Shown piece by piece: positions 38,399 through 49,594 of a stretch of 64,000 bases of DNA; position 1 is the stretch's first letter, and the number at the start of each line of letters is the position of its first letter. Both the position numbers and the translations under genes were made by a program. Origin of the DNA: Neodothiora populina (taxonomy: Eukaryota); assembly GCF_041146345.1 (NCBI RefSeq), contig NW_027191405.1:1550001-1614000 (forward strand), in the 5' to 3' direction. A model generated the notes under the pieces. That model saw nothing but the letters and a program-made list of their open reading frames with translations. It made no database searches and was not told the DNA's origin.

Positions 38399-39520
38399 AT
38401 GCCTCATGCCGTCCAGGATTCGGCAAGGCTGGATGATACCGTCGTTTATGGCGATTGGCGTGATGAGCTGTTCCGCGACGGCGTAGTCGTCGTTAAAGGG
38501 GCCATTGCCAAGGAGAGGGCGCAAGACTATGTCGATGAGATGTTCAAGTGGGCCGAGAAGTTTCCGTACGGATTCGACAAGAACGATAAGTCCACCTGGA
38601 CTCCTGAGCATCTACCAGCCCATATCAAGGGTGGTATGTATGGAGGATATGGATGCCAGCATGAAAAGTTCATGTGGGAAGCAAGACAGTATGTTCTATC
38701 AACCAGACAGTGCATGTCTCGCACTAAGTCATGACAGGGAGCCAGGTGTTCTAGAGGCATTTGCCAAAGTCTGGGGCACTGACGAACTTTTGGTTTCCTT
38801 TGATGGTTTCAACTTCACCTTACCCACCGGTACGGCGCTACCTCAGACACAGCCCTGGCCACATGTCGACCAATCACCAAAACGTAAAGGCATGCAGTGT
38901 GTGCAAGGCATCATCAATCTTGCGCCTAATGGTCCGGATGATGGCGGCCTCCTATGCATGAAAGGATCTCAGAAGATCAATGAGGAGTTTTTCAAGACAC
39001 ATCCCGAGGTTGTGGAGCGTGCCACTTGGGGCAGCGCTGATTGGTTTGGCTTCGATGAGAACGAAGTCAAATGGTTCACAGACAGGGGCAGCAAGCTCGT
39101 CAAAATATGTGCCGATCCTGGGGATCTGATTCTTTGGGACTCCAGAACCATGCACCACAACTGTGTTCCAACTACACAGAACGTCAGATCAGTCATCTGT
39201 AGGTTTCTCTTGCCTTTCGACTCGAAGGTGCTAACGTTACAGATGCTTGTTACACCCCGGCAACATTCGCTCATCCAGATGACCTTAAGATGAAGGCCGA
39301 ACTTTTCGATCAGAGGACGGGCACGGTAGGCTCCCCTGAAGGCCAGCTTCGGGATCTTGGCTGACATGCATAGACTCACTGGCCACACGCAAATCTTTTT
39401 CCACATGTCGCAAAACCACTGCGACTTGGTAAACCGGATCCAGTAGAGCGGAGTGCTCCATTTGAGGAACCTGTCGTGACGGAGCAGGTACTGAAGCTTG
39501 CTGGACGAGTACCATACTAG
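38399..39520 (+). CDS. Fe(II)/2-oxoglutarate dioxygenase, phytanoyl-CoA dioxygenase (PhyH)-like family
   Basis: WGTDELLVSFDG, PWPHVDQSP (HxD), VQGIINLAPNGPDDGGL, GDLILWDSRTMH (distal His), THWPHAN. Three introns. Confidence 0.85.
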
Positions 39521-40411
39521 CTGCGCTTCGATTTTTGCGATGTCATGATAGGGAGCGCTGTTGTCATAACTCTTCGAGCGAGCGTAGGCAGCAGTCCATG
39601 CGAGACATCCTTCATTTCGTAACGATATATGCTAGAAGTTAATGCCAATGTCATCACATTCTCTTATGTGTAACAAATGTCGCAAGGTCTTTTTAAGAAA
39701 AGACTTGAGCAGTGTGAGCACAAAAAGAGGAACATGCTGCTATAGATCGAAGTAGGCGGATTGCTTCTCTAGAGATCGACGAGTGAGAGTCACTGTACCA
39801 ACGAGCACAGGAGGAACATTTCGGTGCGTGGAGCCCTCGAAAGAAGCGGGTCGTTATGTTTCTCGGATGGCCAATTTGACTTACTATAGGACATACCCGT
39901 GAGCAGCCGCCTATTATAATCTTTCGAGCGGTGGGCAAGTGAGAAGAAGTGATGCTTCGTAATAGACTCTAAAGGAGCCCGGGTCAAGTTCGATGTGGCA
40001 TATTGTTAGATGAGTCCCATCCGGGACGTAAGCTTGGTGGCTCACAATCGTGGCTTCAATGCAGCTCGCCGGGATATCAATGGCGCGGCGGGATCGCAGA
40101 AGCGGTGCGCTCTCGAGGGAATGCGCAAACTCCAGACTGGAAATCTTACATTCTTTGCCCTCGATATATTCATGTTTGGTTCCAGGGAAGAGAGAAAGGA
40201 AAGGTACCTAGTGGTATTAGAGAGATGGGTTGTTGGCGAAGTAAGGTTTATCAAGATCACGTGATGATAAGTTCTCGCCCGCTCGAAGTCTTGGCGGTCC
40301 ACAGGGCAAAATTTCCATCCAGCCTCAAATTCGTTCGCCTCTTCTCCTCCACCCAAGACGAAGCACCGCGCCAATCCTCACCAATAGATACGTTTATTGG
40401 AAGACTGCAAA

Positions 40412-41183
40412 ATGTCCAAGATCACAGTCGCCGGAGTGCGCACTAACGTGCAGCAACTTCTTGAGTACTCTACCGAGACCAAGAAGAGAAACTTCCTCGA
40501 GACCGTCGAGCTCCAGATCGGCCTCAAGAACTATGACCCTCAGCGTGACAAGCGTTTCTCCGGAACCGTCCGCCTTCCTAAGGTCCCTCGCCCTGGCATG
40601 GCCATCTGGTACGTTCTGGACAATTGAGGATGTAATGAGATTCTTCGTGACGGCAACTGACCGATCACTACAGCATCCTCGGTGACCAGCACGACATCGA
40701 TCGTGCTAAGCACTTCGGTGTTGACGCCATGTCCTCCGACGACTTGAAGAAGCTTAACAAGAACAAGAAGCTCATCAAGAAGCTCGCCCAGAAGTACGAT
40801 GCCTTCATCGCTTCCGACTCCCTCATCAAGCAGATCCCTCGTCTGTTGGGTCCTGGTCTCTCCAAGGGTAAGCGCGCAGAACGTATTCTACACGTGAATC
40901 GTTTCTGACATTTTCTGCAGCTGGCAAGTTCCCTACCCCTGTCTCCCACGCCGAGGATCTCGCTTCCAAGATCAACGAGGTCAAGTCCACCATCAAGTTC
41001 CAGCTGAAGAAGGTTCTCTGCATGGGTGTCGCTGTTGGCAACGTTGAGATGACCGAGGATGAGCTTATCGGAAACATCATGCTTTCCATCAACTACCTCG
41101 TCTCTCTTCTTAAGAAGGGCTGGCAAAACGTTGGAAGTCTTACCATCAAGGCTTCCATGTCACCTCCCAAGCGTCTCTACTAG
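40412..41183 (+). CDS. RPL1: 60S ribosomal protein uL1 (L1/L10a)
   Basis: [10 protein letters not shown]...[28 protein letters not shown]...[23 protein letters not shown]. Two introns. Confidence 0.98.
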
Positions 41184-42380
41184 AGGGCATTTATTTGCAC
41201 CGATAGTCGGCGTCAGAACCGTAGCAATGGCTTTCTAGATGAAAATCTGAATGATTCGCTACGACCACAACTTTCTCCACCTTTTGATGTGCCTACGTGC
41301 CTTGTCAACGACTTGTTGTCCGTGATGAACCATAAAAGAATAATATATGCCTGTAGCTAGTCAGCTGCGACCAAAATGTCGAGTTATATGCTGATCTGTG
41401 GACTATCATAATTTGCTAGGTTCCTAGTACTTAGTGGATGGAGTACTGCGTGAAGGGAGAGGAACCAGAAATAACCATCTGTTTGAACGTCCTATAATTA
41501 TCTTGGCATCAGTGGATGTGGATATTTAGGTTGATTGGAAAGGCAGTAAGAAAAATCTGCGATCGTCCAGCAGTGATACGCATTTTCTCAAGCTACAGAA
41601 TCCCCTTCAACAACCTGCAAATTTTGCAAGCAAATCGATGGGAATGGCAATAATTTTCTTCCAAAGAAGGGTATGTCGCAGCCGTCCCACACCCACGATC
41701 CACTGAAGCGGAATCCACGCAGGTGATTAGGTTGACGGACGCGTCCTTCTATGCGCTCGGGAACGGAACGAACTCCATGGAGAGAGGAGAACACTCAGCA
41801 AGCCTCCGAAGAGGAAACGCAAAGTGACATTAGTCACCTACTGATAGATGAGGAAAGAAGAGTGTTGAGATAGAAGGTGCTTTTATGTCGAAATCTGAAC
41901 GCTTGCTTACTAAGGCGAGGCCGAGCTTTTGCGTCTGAGCGTCTGAGCGTCGCTTGCAGCCAAGTTGGCCCGTTCATTCGGCTGTACTGTACAAGTATGC
42001 CCAGGGCTGGTCAGTCGAAATAATGCTTGAGCGACTTCCGAGGGATGAATCCAGCAGCACTACCATTTATCTGCCTGCATCATGCATACATTCACTGTAC
42101 ACGAACCATCGTAGCGGGCATCAAAGTGAGACTGATCTACCCCTGGGACTGTTCGACAGCGATAAGCAGGTCTAGTCGTCGTATGGCTGGGTGGTCCCCG
42201 TAAGGTCCCCGGATTCACCGATATCCGCTTGACGACTGTCCTTGTCGTTCTTGGTTTCCTACCATCTGTTCTCCTGCTATTGTGCCTCTCTGTGTCAATT
42301 CATTCTGAGCATGCTCTGGTCTGGCGGAAGTATCAACAACTCGAAGATTGAACAGGTTTTTAGCTGCTATTGGTGTGATT

Positions 42381-44285
42381 ATGTCAAGATCTAGTAAGGG
42401 CGAGTGTGCTCGGCCATCGCCTTTGGCTTGCATCGAATGCAGGAAACGTCACCTGAAATGTGATGCCTCATTACCCATCTGTTCTCGCTGCTCGTCAGCT
42501 GCATTAGAGTGTGTGTACACGCCATCTCGGCGAGGGTATCGAGGACCGTCGAAGAGGAAGGACAACAGACAGCACGATCAGTCGCGGAGAGCACCCCGCC
42601 AGTCGATAGAGCGGCGAGCATCCAATACCTCTCACAACGCAGCAGTGGATTGGCCGCTATTACGCCCGATAGAACAAGTCGACACGGAATTCACAAGTAA
42701 TTACACGTTCCAATCGAGCTCAACAGGTGATGATATCGGCAATGCTCTAACCATGTTCGGCGCCGAAGGTACTATACAGTTACAAGATCAGCTACCCACG
42801 ACATATCTCGACAGCAGCGCTGAACCTCGTGCTGGTGCAGACGTTGGTGTCGGTTCTCGCGCTGGTACTGGTACTGGTACTGGTACCGATGACGATGCTT
42901 ATGGTGACGAAGACGACGATGATCCCCAGCTTGTCAATCTCTACTATGCAAATTTCCATGGCGCTCACCCTATGCTCGTACCTAGAGCTTGGTATGCAGA
43001 TCAACGTTATCCAAGCTACTTGCGCCATGTCGTACAGTTCATTGGAAGCCACTTCTCTCCTTCCGTCTCGAGTGATTTCCTATCAAGGGATGCATATAGT
43101 AAGCTGCAAGATACGAGTATCAAATCGCCGTTCATGGTGCAGGCTCTTTTACTCTTCTCGATCGCGCTGCATTCTCAGACTAAGCTGAAAGAAGCAGAGA
43201 AGACCCTCGCTCGTGCCGTGCAGCTATCCCTTGAACTGGGGATGAATGGGCAAGATTTCGCTACCATGAACGGCCGACAGCAGCCCATCCTCGAAGAGAG
43301 TCTGAGGAGAACTTGGTGGGAGGCGTACATTCTTGACGGTTACACAGCTGCTCTTCACCGCAAGCCGGGCTTCAAGACTAGTCACGCAAATTTAAAAGCC
43401 CCACTGCCATGCGAGGAGACTGCCTACGCCGAAGGCGTCTGTATTCCAAGTCCTCCCACCTTAACTGAGTTCGACATGAGGCTCTTTGCAGATGAAGAAA
43501 TACAGTTTTCTTCGTTTTGCTACCGCATCGAAGCAGTGAGAATCCTCTCACGGGTCATTGCCATCGCTGGGACTGATGAAGTTCACGGAGATCAGGTTCA
43601 AGCAGTGGACAATGCTCTGGCCGGATGGGTCCACCATCTACCACCGACTAAAGCAGACATTATCAACAGCTTCGGCGAAGTCGATGAAATGCTGTTTCAA
43701 GCGCACATGATCATACAGTGCTCCAATATTTTCCTTCATTTCCCGCGGAGCGACCTCTTGTCCACTCTACCGGGCACAGAGGAGATCGCCTGCGCCAGAG
43801 GGAATAAGCAGATGTACCCAGCATCGACGCAGCATATCCACGCTGTCAAAGCTACAGATGGCTCGAAGGAGCTTTCAAATCTAGCAGCTCTACGATTACC
43901 TGTCCAGAAGCATACACCCCTCTTCATATGCGGATTGGTGCTCAGCGCCGTCGTTCAGCTGTCCGCATGTGCGGTGCACGCATGTCATTGTATGGAACAG
44001 CATCGAGATAGAGTCACTTTGATTATAGGTGTACTCAAATCTCTAAGCCAGCATTGGCCACTTGCAAGCCAGGTTCTGCAACAAATCAAGCGCGTTGGAT
44101 CAGAGGTTCTACAGGTTCGCAGTAACACCCAAGCGACGGTACCGCCAGAATCATCAGCGCATGATAGTGGAGTGGATGTTTCTCATTGCATGGATGACAA
44201 TTCGTGGATTGATCTCTTTGTGGGTCAAGGCCTCGCTGGTCTCCCATTCTTTGAAACGACTGCCACTTTCGAGCGATCTCCTTGA
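42381..44285 (+). CDS. Zn(II)2Cys6 fungal transcription factor
   Basis: ACIECRKRHLKCDASLPICSRCSSAALECVY cluster, YYANFHGAHPML and ESLRRTWWE middle-domain motifs. Confidence 0.93.
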   Translation: MSRSSKGECARPSPLACIECRKRHLKCDASLPICSRCSSAALECVYTPSRRGYRGPSKRKDNRQHDQSRRAPRQSIERRASNTSHNAAVDWPLLRPIEQVDTEFTSNYTFQSSSTGDDIGNALTMFGAEGTIQLQDQLPTTYLDSSAEPRAGADVGVGSRAGTGTGTGTDDDAYGDEDDDDPQLVNLYYANFHGAHPMLVPRAWYADQRYPSYLRHVVQFIGSHFSPSVSSDFLSRDAYSKLQDTSIKSPFMVQALLLFSIALHSQTKLKEAEKTLARAVQLSLELGMNGQDFATMNGRQQPILEESLRRTWWEAYILDGYTAALHRKPGFKTSHANLKAPLPCEETAYAEGVCIPSPPTLTEFDMRLFADEEIQFSSFCYRIEAVRILSRVIAIAGTDEVHGDQVQAVDNALAGWVHHLPPTKADIINSFGEVDEMLFQAHMIIQCSNIFLHFPRSDLLSTLPGTEEIACARGNKQMYPASTQHIHAVKATDGSKELSNLAALRLPVQKHTPLFICGLVLSAVVQLSACAVHACHCMEQHRDRVTLIIGVLKSLSQHWPLASQVLQQIKRVGSEVLQVRSNTQATVPPESSAHDSGVDVSHCMDDNSWIDLFVGQGLAGLPFFETTATFERSP

Positions 44286-44323
44286 GGCTGCGGCGAGGTT
44301 GGCTAACAGGGCAGCTGCAGGCG

Positions 44324-44375
44324 ACCTCGGCAGGGCTTTCCGTCTGAACGAACGCCGAGGCATGACGCCGAGGTT
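44324..44375. promoter_or_regulatory. Cluster of GCCGAGG motifs upstream of the Cys-rich microprotein gene
   Basis: ACGCCGAGG at 44352 and 44365 (direct repeats) and inverted ACCTCGGC at 44324. Each contains a CGG/CCG triplet typical of Zn2Cys6 half-sites. Confidence 0.4.
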
Positions 44376-44556
44376 GCTATTACCACCTCCATAGCTTAGG
44401 CAAGATACATCAGCTCACGTAGGCTCGTGATAATCATAATAAGACCAAGCTAAGCTACCCTTCAACAACCACCACTCTCAACATTGACGATATTCGAAGA
44501 CATCCGGAACCACTTTTGAGCTACACAATCCCGACTTCTGATCTTCGAATTACAAC

Positions 44557-44784
44557 ATGTGCAGAAAACAACAGTGCTCCAAGTGCAGTACGTTCACCGT
44601 GATCTAGTGTCTGCACACGCAAGCATTATGCTAACACAAAATCACAGACAAGGCCTCCTGGTTCGGCTGCGGCTTGCATGTCCCCAGCGTAATGGACCAG
44701 ATCCCCGAGAGCGAGCGCTGCACCTGTGAACCAAAGGTCGAGCGCGAGGGCAAGAAGTATCCGCCCAAAGCTGAGATGGCCTGA
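44557..44784 (+). CDS. 55-aa cysteine-rich microprotein (two exons; absent from the ORF track)
   Basis: ACAACATG start context. Intron 44588-44647 has GTACGT donor, GCTAAC branch and CAG acceptor. Spliced product: MCRKQQCSKCNKASWFGCGLHVPSVMDQIPESERCTCEPKVEREGKKYPPKAEMA*. Confidence 0.85.
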
Positions 44785-45563
44785 CTTCCTTCTGGATGTG
44801 TCGTCTCATAGGCGTCATGCTTGCTTGGAGTGTTGATCTCTGCGTTCATTGGAAGTAGGGGCGCGGGCAGAGAGGGACGGCCAGCGATTCGGAGCGCGTT
44901 GATGCGTCCTAGTGCATAGAGACTTACATAAATCTCTGTTTTGCTATACTTGGAGATAGACTATGCTTGGATAATTTATTGCCGCCTAATCATATATCCC
45001 ATTGCTTCTTGTGATTTTCTGTTCGGTCGACCCATAATGACTTTGAGTGCTATCGTCTATCACTAAGACCATATCGATGCTATTCACGGACCAATGCAAG
45101 TTTGTAGCTTATTGATATGTAGAGCACCATACACGTCGCAGACCCCCCCGTATGAATGTTCACCGTCATCGCACATGTTCGAATATCTCCAAAATAGCCC
45201 ATTACTGATCGATCGACGCACGCATGGCGAGAGAGAAACATTTCGGGGAAATTGTAAGGAGCAAGCCCCAATGGACAGGGTCGCCCTCGAGAACAGCAGC
45301 TGGATGGATACCACATGTTCGAAACGCATTTAGAGCTCCACTACAACGACATGTCACATGTAATGGTATACACAAATTTCGTAGGTTGTCAAAATTCCGA
45401 ATTCAGCATTGTGACTATATACACAAGACCAAAAAGCAAGAAAAAGCGCAAAAACTCAAGGTGGGTATCGAGCAATCGACCAAGAGGACTCCTCAAATCT
45501 CATCACCGATCAAGCAACCAAGGCAGCAACACCAAAGCAATGCAAGTCAGAACCACCATCGTA

Positions 45564-46672
45564 TCAAAAGACCAATGCAGCGACCATGCCCGAAGAAAAC
45601 ATCGCAGCTACTGAAACAAAGCTCGAAAGTGAAAACGTGGCGAGTCCACTGATGCCGTGTCCGGATGTGCAGCCGCCCGCGATACCAGCACCGAATGCCA
45701 TGATCGTGCCTCCGAGGATTGCCTTGACGGGCTCCACGACAGTGCCTGGAGTTGCGCTCGCGGGGGGCGGGAAGTGGTGCGAAAGGACGACACTAGCCGA
45801 GGTTATGCCAAGAGCGAACACAGTCGCTGGTGCAAGAAGTTGGCTGGTAGCTTGTGGGTCGAAGATGCTCGATCTGAATGTGCGTTGCAAGTAGCGGCCG
45901 ATGTTCTGATACACTCCAGAGCAGCCGACGGAGTGCTTGTTTAGCAGAATGGAAACTCCTTGCGCGGCTCCAATGGCAAGACCACCAGTGATGGGCGAGA
46001 TGAGGCCTGCAAGTTGCGGCTGTGACTTGTGGGGGTCTAGGCTGGAGGCGATATATAGAATGGCCATGCAAGTGGCTTCCCAAGCGACCACCATGGTCAA
46101 AGGGTTAGCTTCGAGCGTCGCAGTGATGGTCGGCTCTCGCGATGAAGTCGATGTTGCAAGTAAGACCGTAGCATCAGATTGTTTCTCATGTGACTTTCGG
46201 AGAGATTGAGTCCGAGCTGGCTTCGTATGTTGGAGATATGGCAGCGCAAGGACGTAACCAAGGCCACCAACGACAGCACCGATGAGAGTGAATGTTCCGC
46301 GGCCGGTTCCAGCCTGCACGAGGACAGTGCCTGGGCATGCGCCCGTCAGAACCATCCCGGCACCAATCATGGCACCGCCAATGACGTTGCCATCATATGG
46401 GAAGAAGCCCAAGTTTCGAGGCTCTCTGACTTTCAGTGTCGCATAATGCGTCTGATTTGCAACATGCAGCACGATTCTGATATCAGATTAGTAGCGCTTT
46501 TGGTTCCCTCATCGTAAAAGAATGCTTACGCGCTGACACCACTTGCAGTGACGAAGGATTTCAGCATATGGAAGTTCGTCAAATTGAACTGCGTCAAAAT
46601 TACGTCTGGTGAATAGACGCCTGAGGCAAAAAGTGCAGCGCCAAAGGCTGCGCCTGCCTCAAATTCGGCCAT
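45564..46672 (-). CDS. YeeE/YedE family sulfur-compound (thiosulfate-type) transporter, two-repeat membrane protein
   Basis: MAEFEAGAAFGAALFASGVYSPDVILTQF exon, intron 46477-46529, then GGAMIGAGMVLTGACPGT and GGTIMAFGAGIAGGCTSGHGISG signature motifs. Confidence 0.88.
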
Positions 46673-47511
46673 AGCAGATGCTCTCACAATGGTGGTACAG
46701 AAAAGTGTAAGAGTAAAGCACGTGGGTGGCGTTGATAAGGGAAAAAGCAGATCTTCTGACCGACCGAACTGAACTTGTACGGCCACCATAAAACTTCACA
46801 TACCTAAGGTACCTTAGAACAGCTCACTTACACTGACGGGGACGTTGGCGTGCTTTCACTATGGTCGCCGGCTGATCTACCTGAACGGTTCAGTGCGCTT
46901 TACGCTTCCACGCTATAGGGTTCTCTTCATCACAAACAATGGAAGCGAGATTCTGTCTGGATATGACCAAATGAATCAACAGACGTTGTGGCCCGCGCTC
47001 TTGACATAGGACTGTAACATTCGGTTTGTCCACATGATCATCGAGACTTTTGAGTTCATGGGCACCGCTGCTTGTTTAGTAGTAGAGACGCGCTTTTCCT
47101 CCAGTGCTATATGCTATTATATGTGTTCCTCACCGCGGATCTGATCCTTCTGCCAAGGATAGACGATCACTTGTCCGTTATTCTTGGCGATAAAAGTGAC
47201 GTTGTGGGATGCCCACATCACCTCGCTCACAGCATCAGAACTTCCTGTGACAACCATCGAAGGATGCATCGCCGCTGTCTAGCGGGCGAGCAACGATGTT
47301 TGTGGTCTTGGTTCATTTATATCGGCAATCGGCTCCTATCGCCAAGACCGTAGTGAACAGATATGATGGGCGAAAGTTCAACCCTAACGACGTAGGATTG
47401 GTCGAAATTGGCAGTTTCGACTCATGTCCCTCTTTACGAGTAGTATAGCAAGCGAAAAGTGGACATAACAGGATGGTCGTTTGACGTCTTTCCCAATCCT
47501 TCGCGCGTATA

Positions 47512-48281
47512 AGCTTGGCAACCTGAGGTTGGTCCCACCTACCTTTGGTGCGCTTTAGACCATACTGCAACCTTCTACAGTAATCAACCATTCTACGTCG
47601 CGTTACTTATTATATTCAATTGAATTGACCTTATATTATTGATAAAATGGATCAACGCGAAGTCATGTTGCAAGCGGCCCTTCAAGAGCTTCAAAATCAC
47701 CCTGAAAAATTAATTAAAGGCACTGTACGAGAATATGGCATGTCCGCAACAACGCTTCGTCGTCGTCGCGACGGAGGCATTAATCAACGTACTGCTCAAG
47801 AGCCTACACAAAGGCTTGTTCCTATTCAAGAAGAATTCCTCGTCAATTGGATATTACAGCAAGATTTGCAAGGTTGTGCCCCCTCTCCGAAGCGTGTTCG
47901 CGATATGGCTACACATATCCTTCGTTTACATAACGACAACAAACCTTTAGGGGTTAATTGGCTCCCTAAGTTGGTAAAGCGTAATCCAAGGATTGCCTCT
48001 GTAATCGGACGTAAAATCGAGGCCGCGCGAATTCATGGAACCTCGCAAGAAGCTATACAATTGAATATGAGGCCTCTAAGGCCTTGAAGGTAGCGAAGCA
48101 ACCTAATTTAGATGCTCAAAAAGCTGCAGAAGCCCTTAAAAATATATCCATAGAGGCATGTCTCCATAGATGGCAATTGAATTGAATTTTATCCATTGAT
48201 ATTCCAATATTTCATCTAAAGGTTGCAGTATGGCCCAAAGCGCACCAAAGGTAGGTGGGACCAACCTCAGGTTGCCAAGCT
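47512..48281 (+). mobile_element. Internally deleted pogo/Fot1-type (Tc1/mariner superfamily) DNA transposon, 770 bp
   Basis: ~63-bp terminal inverted repeats (AGCTTGGCAACCTGAGGTTGGTCCCACC...) with 2 mismatches, flanked by TA at 47510-47511 and 48282-48283. The interior is AT-rich. Confidence 0.92.
47647..48185 (+). pseudogene. Truncated transposase (HTH + CENP-B-type HTH only; DDE domain deleted)
   Basis: TVREYGMSATTLRRR, QRLVPIQEEFLVNWIL, LGVNWLPKLVKRNP. After ~48060 an out-of-frame C-terminal remnant ends ACLHRWQLN*. Confidence 0.85.
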
Positions 48282-48635
48282 TAAGACTTTCTATAACGCT
48301 TGGCACCATGCTTTAGCAGTTACTTTGACTTATGCTTTTGCCTATTGTGATCGAGCTGTGGGAGTTCTGCGCGCTAATATTGAAATCTACTCATTCACAC
48401 AACTAGCTGAAACTTGTGTTACACGGGCTTGACTCCTTGAGATGGAAGAAGTCGACGTCATAAGGCTCTGAGTCGGACATGAGGTATGGTATTCGATAAA
48501 ATAAACACCAAGAGGTAGTATGCAGGAGACGGCCAGAAGCTTTGCTATCGATACCTTGAAAGCCTACCAAGCAAAGTCACTAGAAGCACTCACCGAATCC
48601 TCGTTCACTTTGGGTCAACTGCATTCTAACTCAGC

Positions 48636-49397
48636 ATGTGGTACTCAAACAAGGCGTGCCTGCTCGGATTGGCCATCTTCGCTGCTGGCTTTCCATCTGC
48701 CACCCAGGCTCAAAGCTCAGATGCAGGCTGCTCTGTATTCAATGGATTAGACCCATTCACGCGAACGGGCTCTCAAACCTACCGTATCAGTTTAGGGATA
48801 ACATGCACGACCGATTATCCAGGCTTCGCCCGCGACAGATGTCCACTGGAAGCTCACGGTTTCATTGAAGCACAACGAACAGACAACTTCTCGAGTGCCG
48901 TGGGATCCACCTCACAGGACTCACTGGCGACTTGGAACACCATTATCGCCTCTCTCGATGATGACTCACTCCTCTTGAGGGAGACGAATAGCTCGCGTTC
49001 GGCTCTGAACCAGACGACCTTTTTAGGCTATGCCGGCAACGTGACCGCTTATATCCCACTGAACACGTCTTCTTACGTCGGATTTACCATAGCGTACTTG
49101 TGCCAATCTGGTACAGTATCTGGGTGCCGCGATGGTTACATCGCCAATGACACCCTTGTCGAAGGTTGCATTCCATTGTATCACAACAGAACTCGCACCG
49201 ACAACATTACTCTGCCTACTTGGTGGGGTACGATAGGTCCGGTGACCACCGATGCGGAGACCGTCCAAAACATGACGACGAACATGTATGCGGAGGAACC
49301 TCAGAATGACAGCAGTAATGATGTGGGCCGGATTGGGATGAGTTTTTCTGTCATGACTGTAACCCTGCTGGCCATTTTGGTATCTGTCATTTCATAG
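48636..49397 (+). CDS. Secreted, probably GPI-anchored hypothetical protein
   Basis: 253-aa intronless ORF with a signal peptide, 6 Cys in the mature part, several N-x-S/T sites and a hydrophobic C-terminus. Confidence 0.7.
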   Translation: MWYSNKACLLGLAIFAAGFPSATQAQSSDAGCSVFNGLDPFTRTGSQTYRISLGITCTTDYPGFARDRCPLEAHGFIEAQRTDNFSSAVGSTSQDSLATWNTIIASLDDDSLLLRETNSSRSALNQTTFLGYAGNVTAYIPLNTSSYVGFTIAYLCQSGTVSGCRDGYIANDTLVEGCIPLYHNRTRTDNITLPTWWGTIGPVTTDAETVQNMTTNMYAEEPQNDSSNDVGRIGMSFSVMTVTLLAILVSVIS

Positions 49398-49475
49398 ACG
49401 TAGCATACCACCCTTTAATGACGAATCTGTGAGATGCCGAAAGGATTATATGTGACATTTTTTAACTGTCCTTCC

Positions 49476-49594
49476 ACGTACGGCCACAGGCAGCTGAGAA
49501 CTGGGCATCCCGTCCGCTCTGCCAGACATAAGCAGTTGACCGGCTGATTAGTACTACGGTGGGTGACCACGTGGGAATCCCAGCTGCTGTACGT
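49476..49594 (+). rRNA. Dispersed 5S rRNA gene
   Basis: 119 nt ACGTACGGCCACAGG...CATCCCGTCCGCTCTG...TTAGTACTACGGTGGGTGACCACGTGGGAATCC...GCTGTACGT with pairing termini. Followed by a T-run Pol III terminator and preceded by a TATA-like element at about -30. Confidence 0.95.

Noticed and set aside
49476..49594. 5S gene as an insertion site of a giant mobile element (Starship-type)
   Set aside because: The 5S gene is intact and there is no tyrosine recombinase in the window. Dispersed 5S genes are normal in filamentous ascomycetes.
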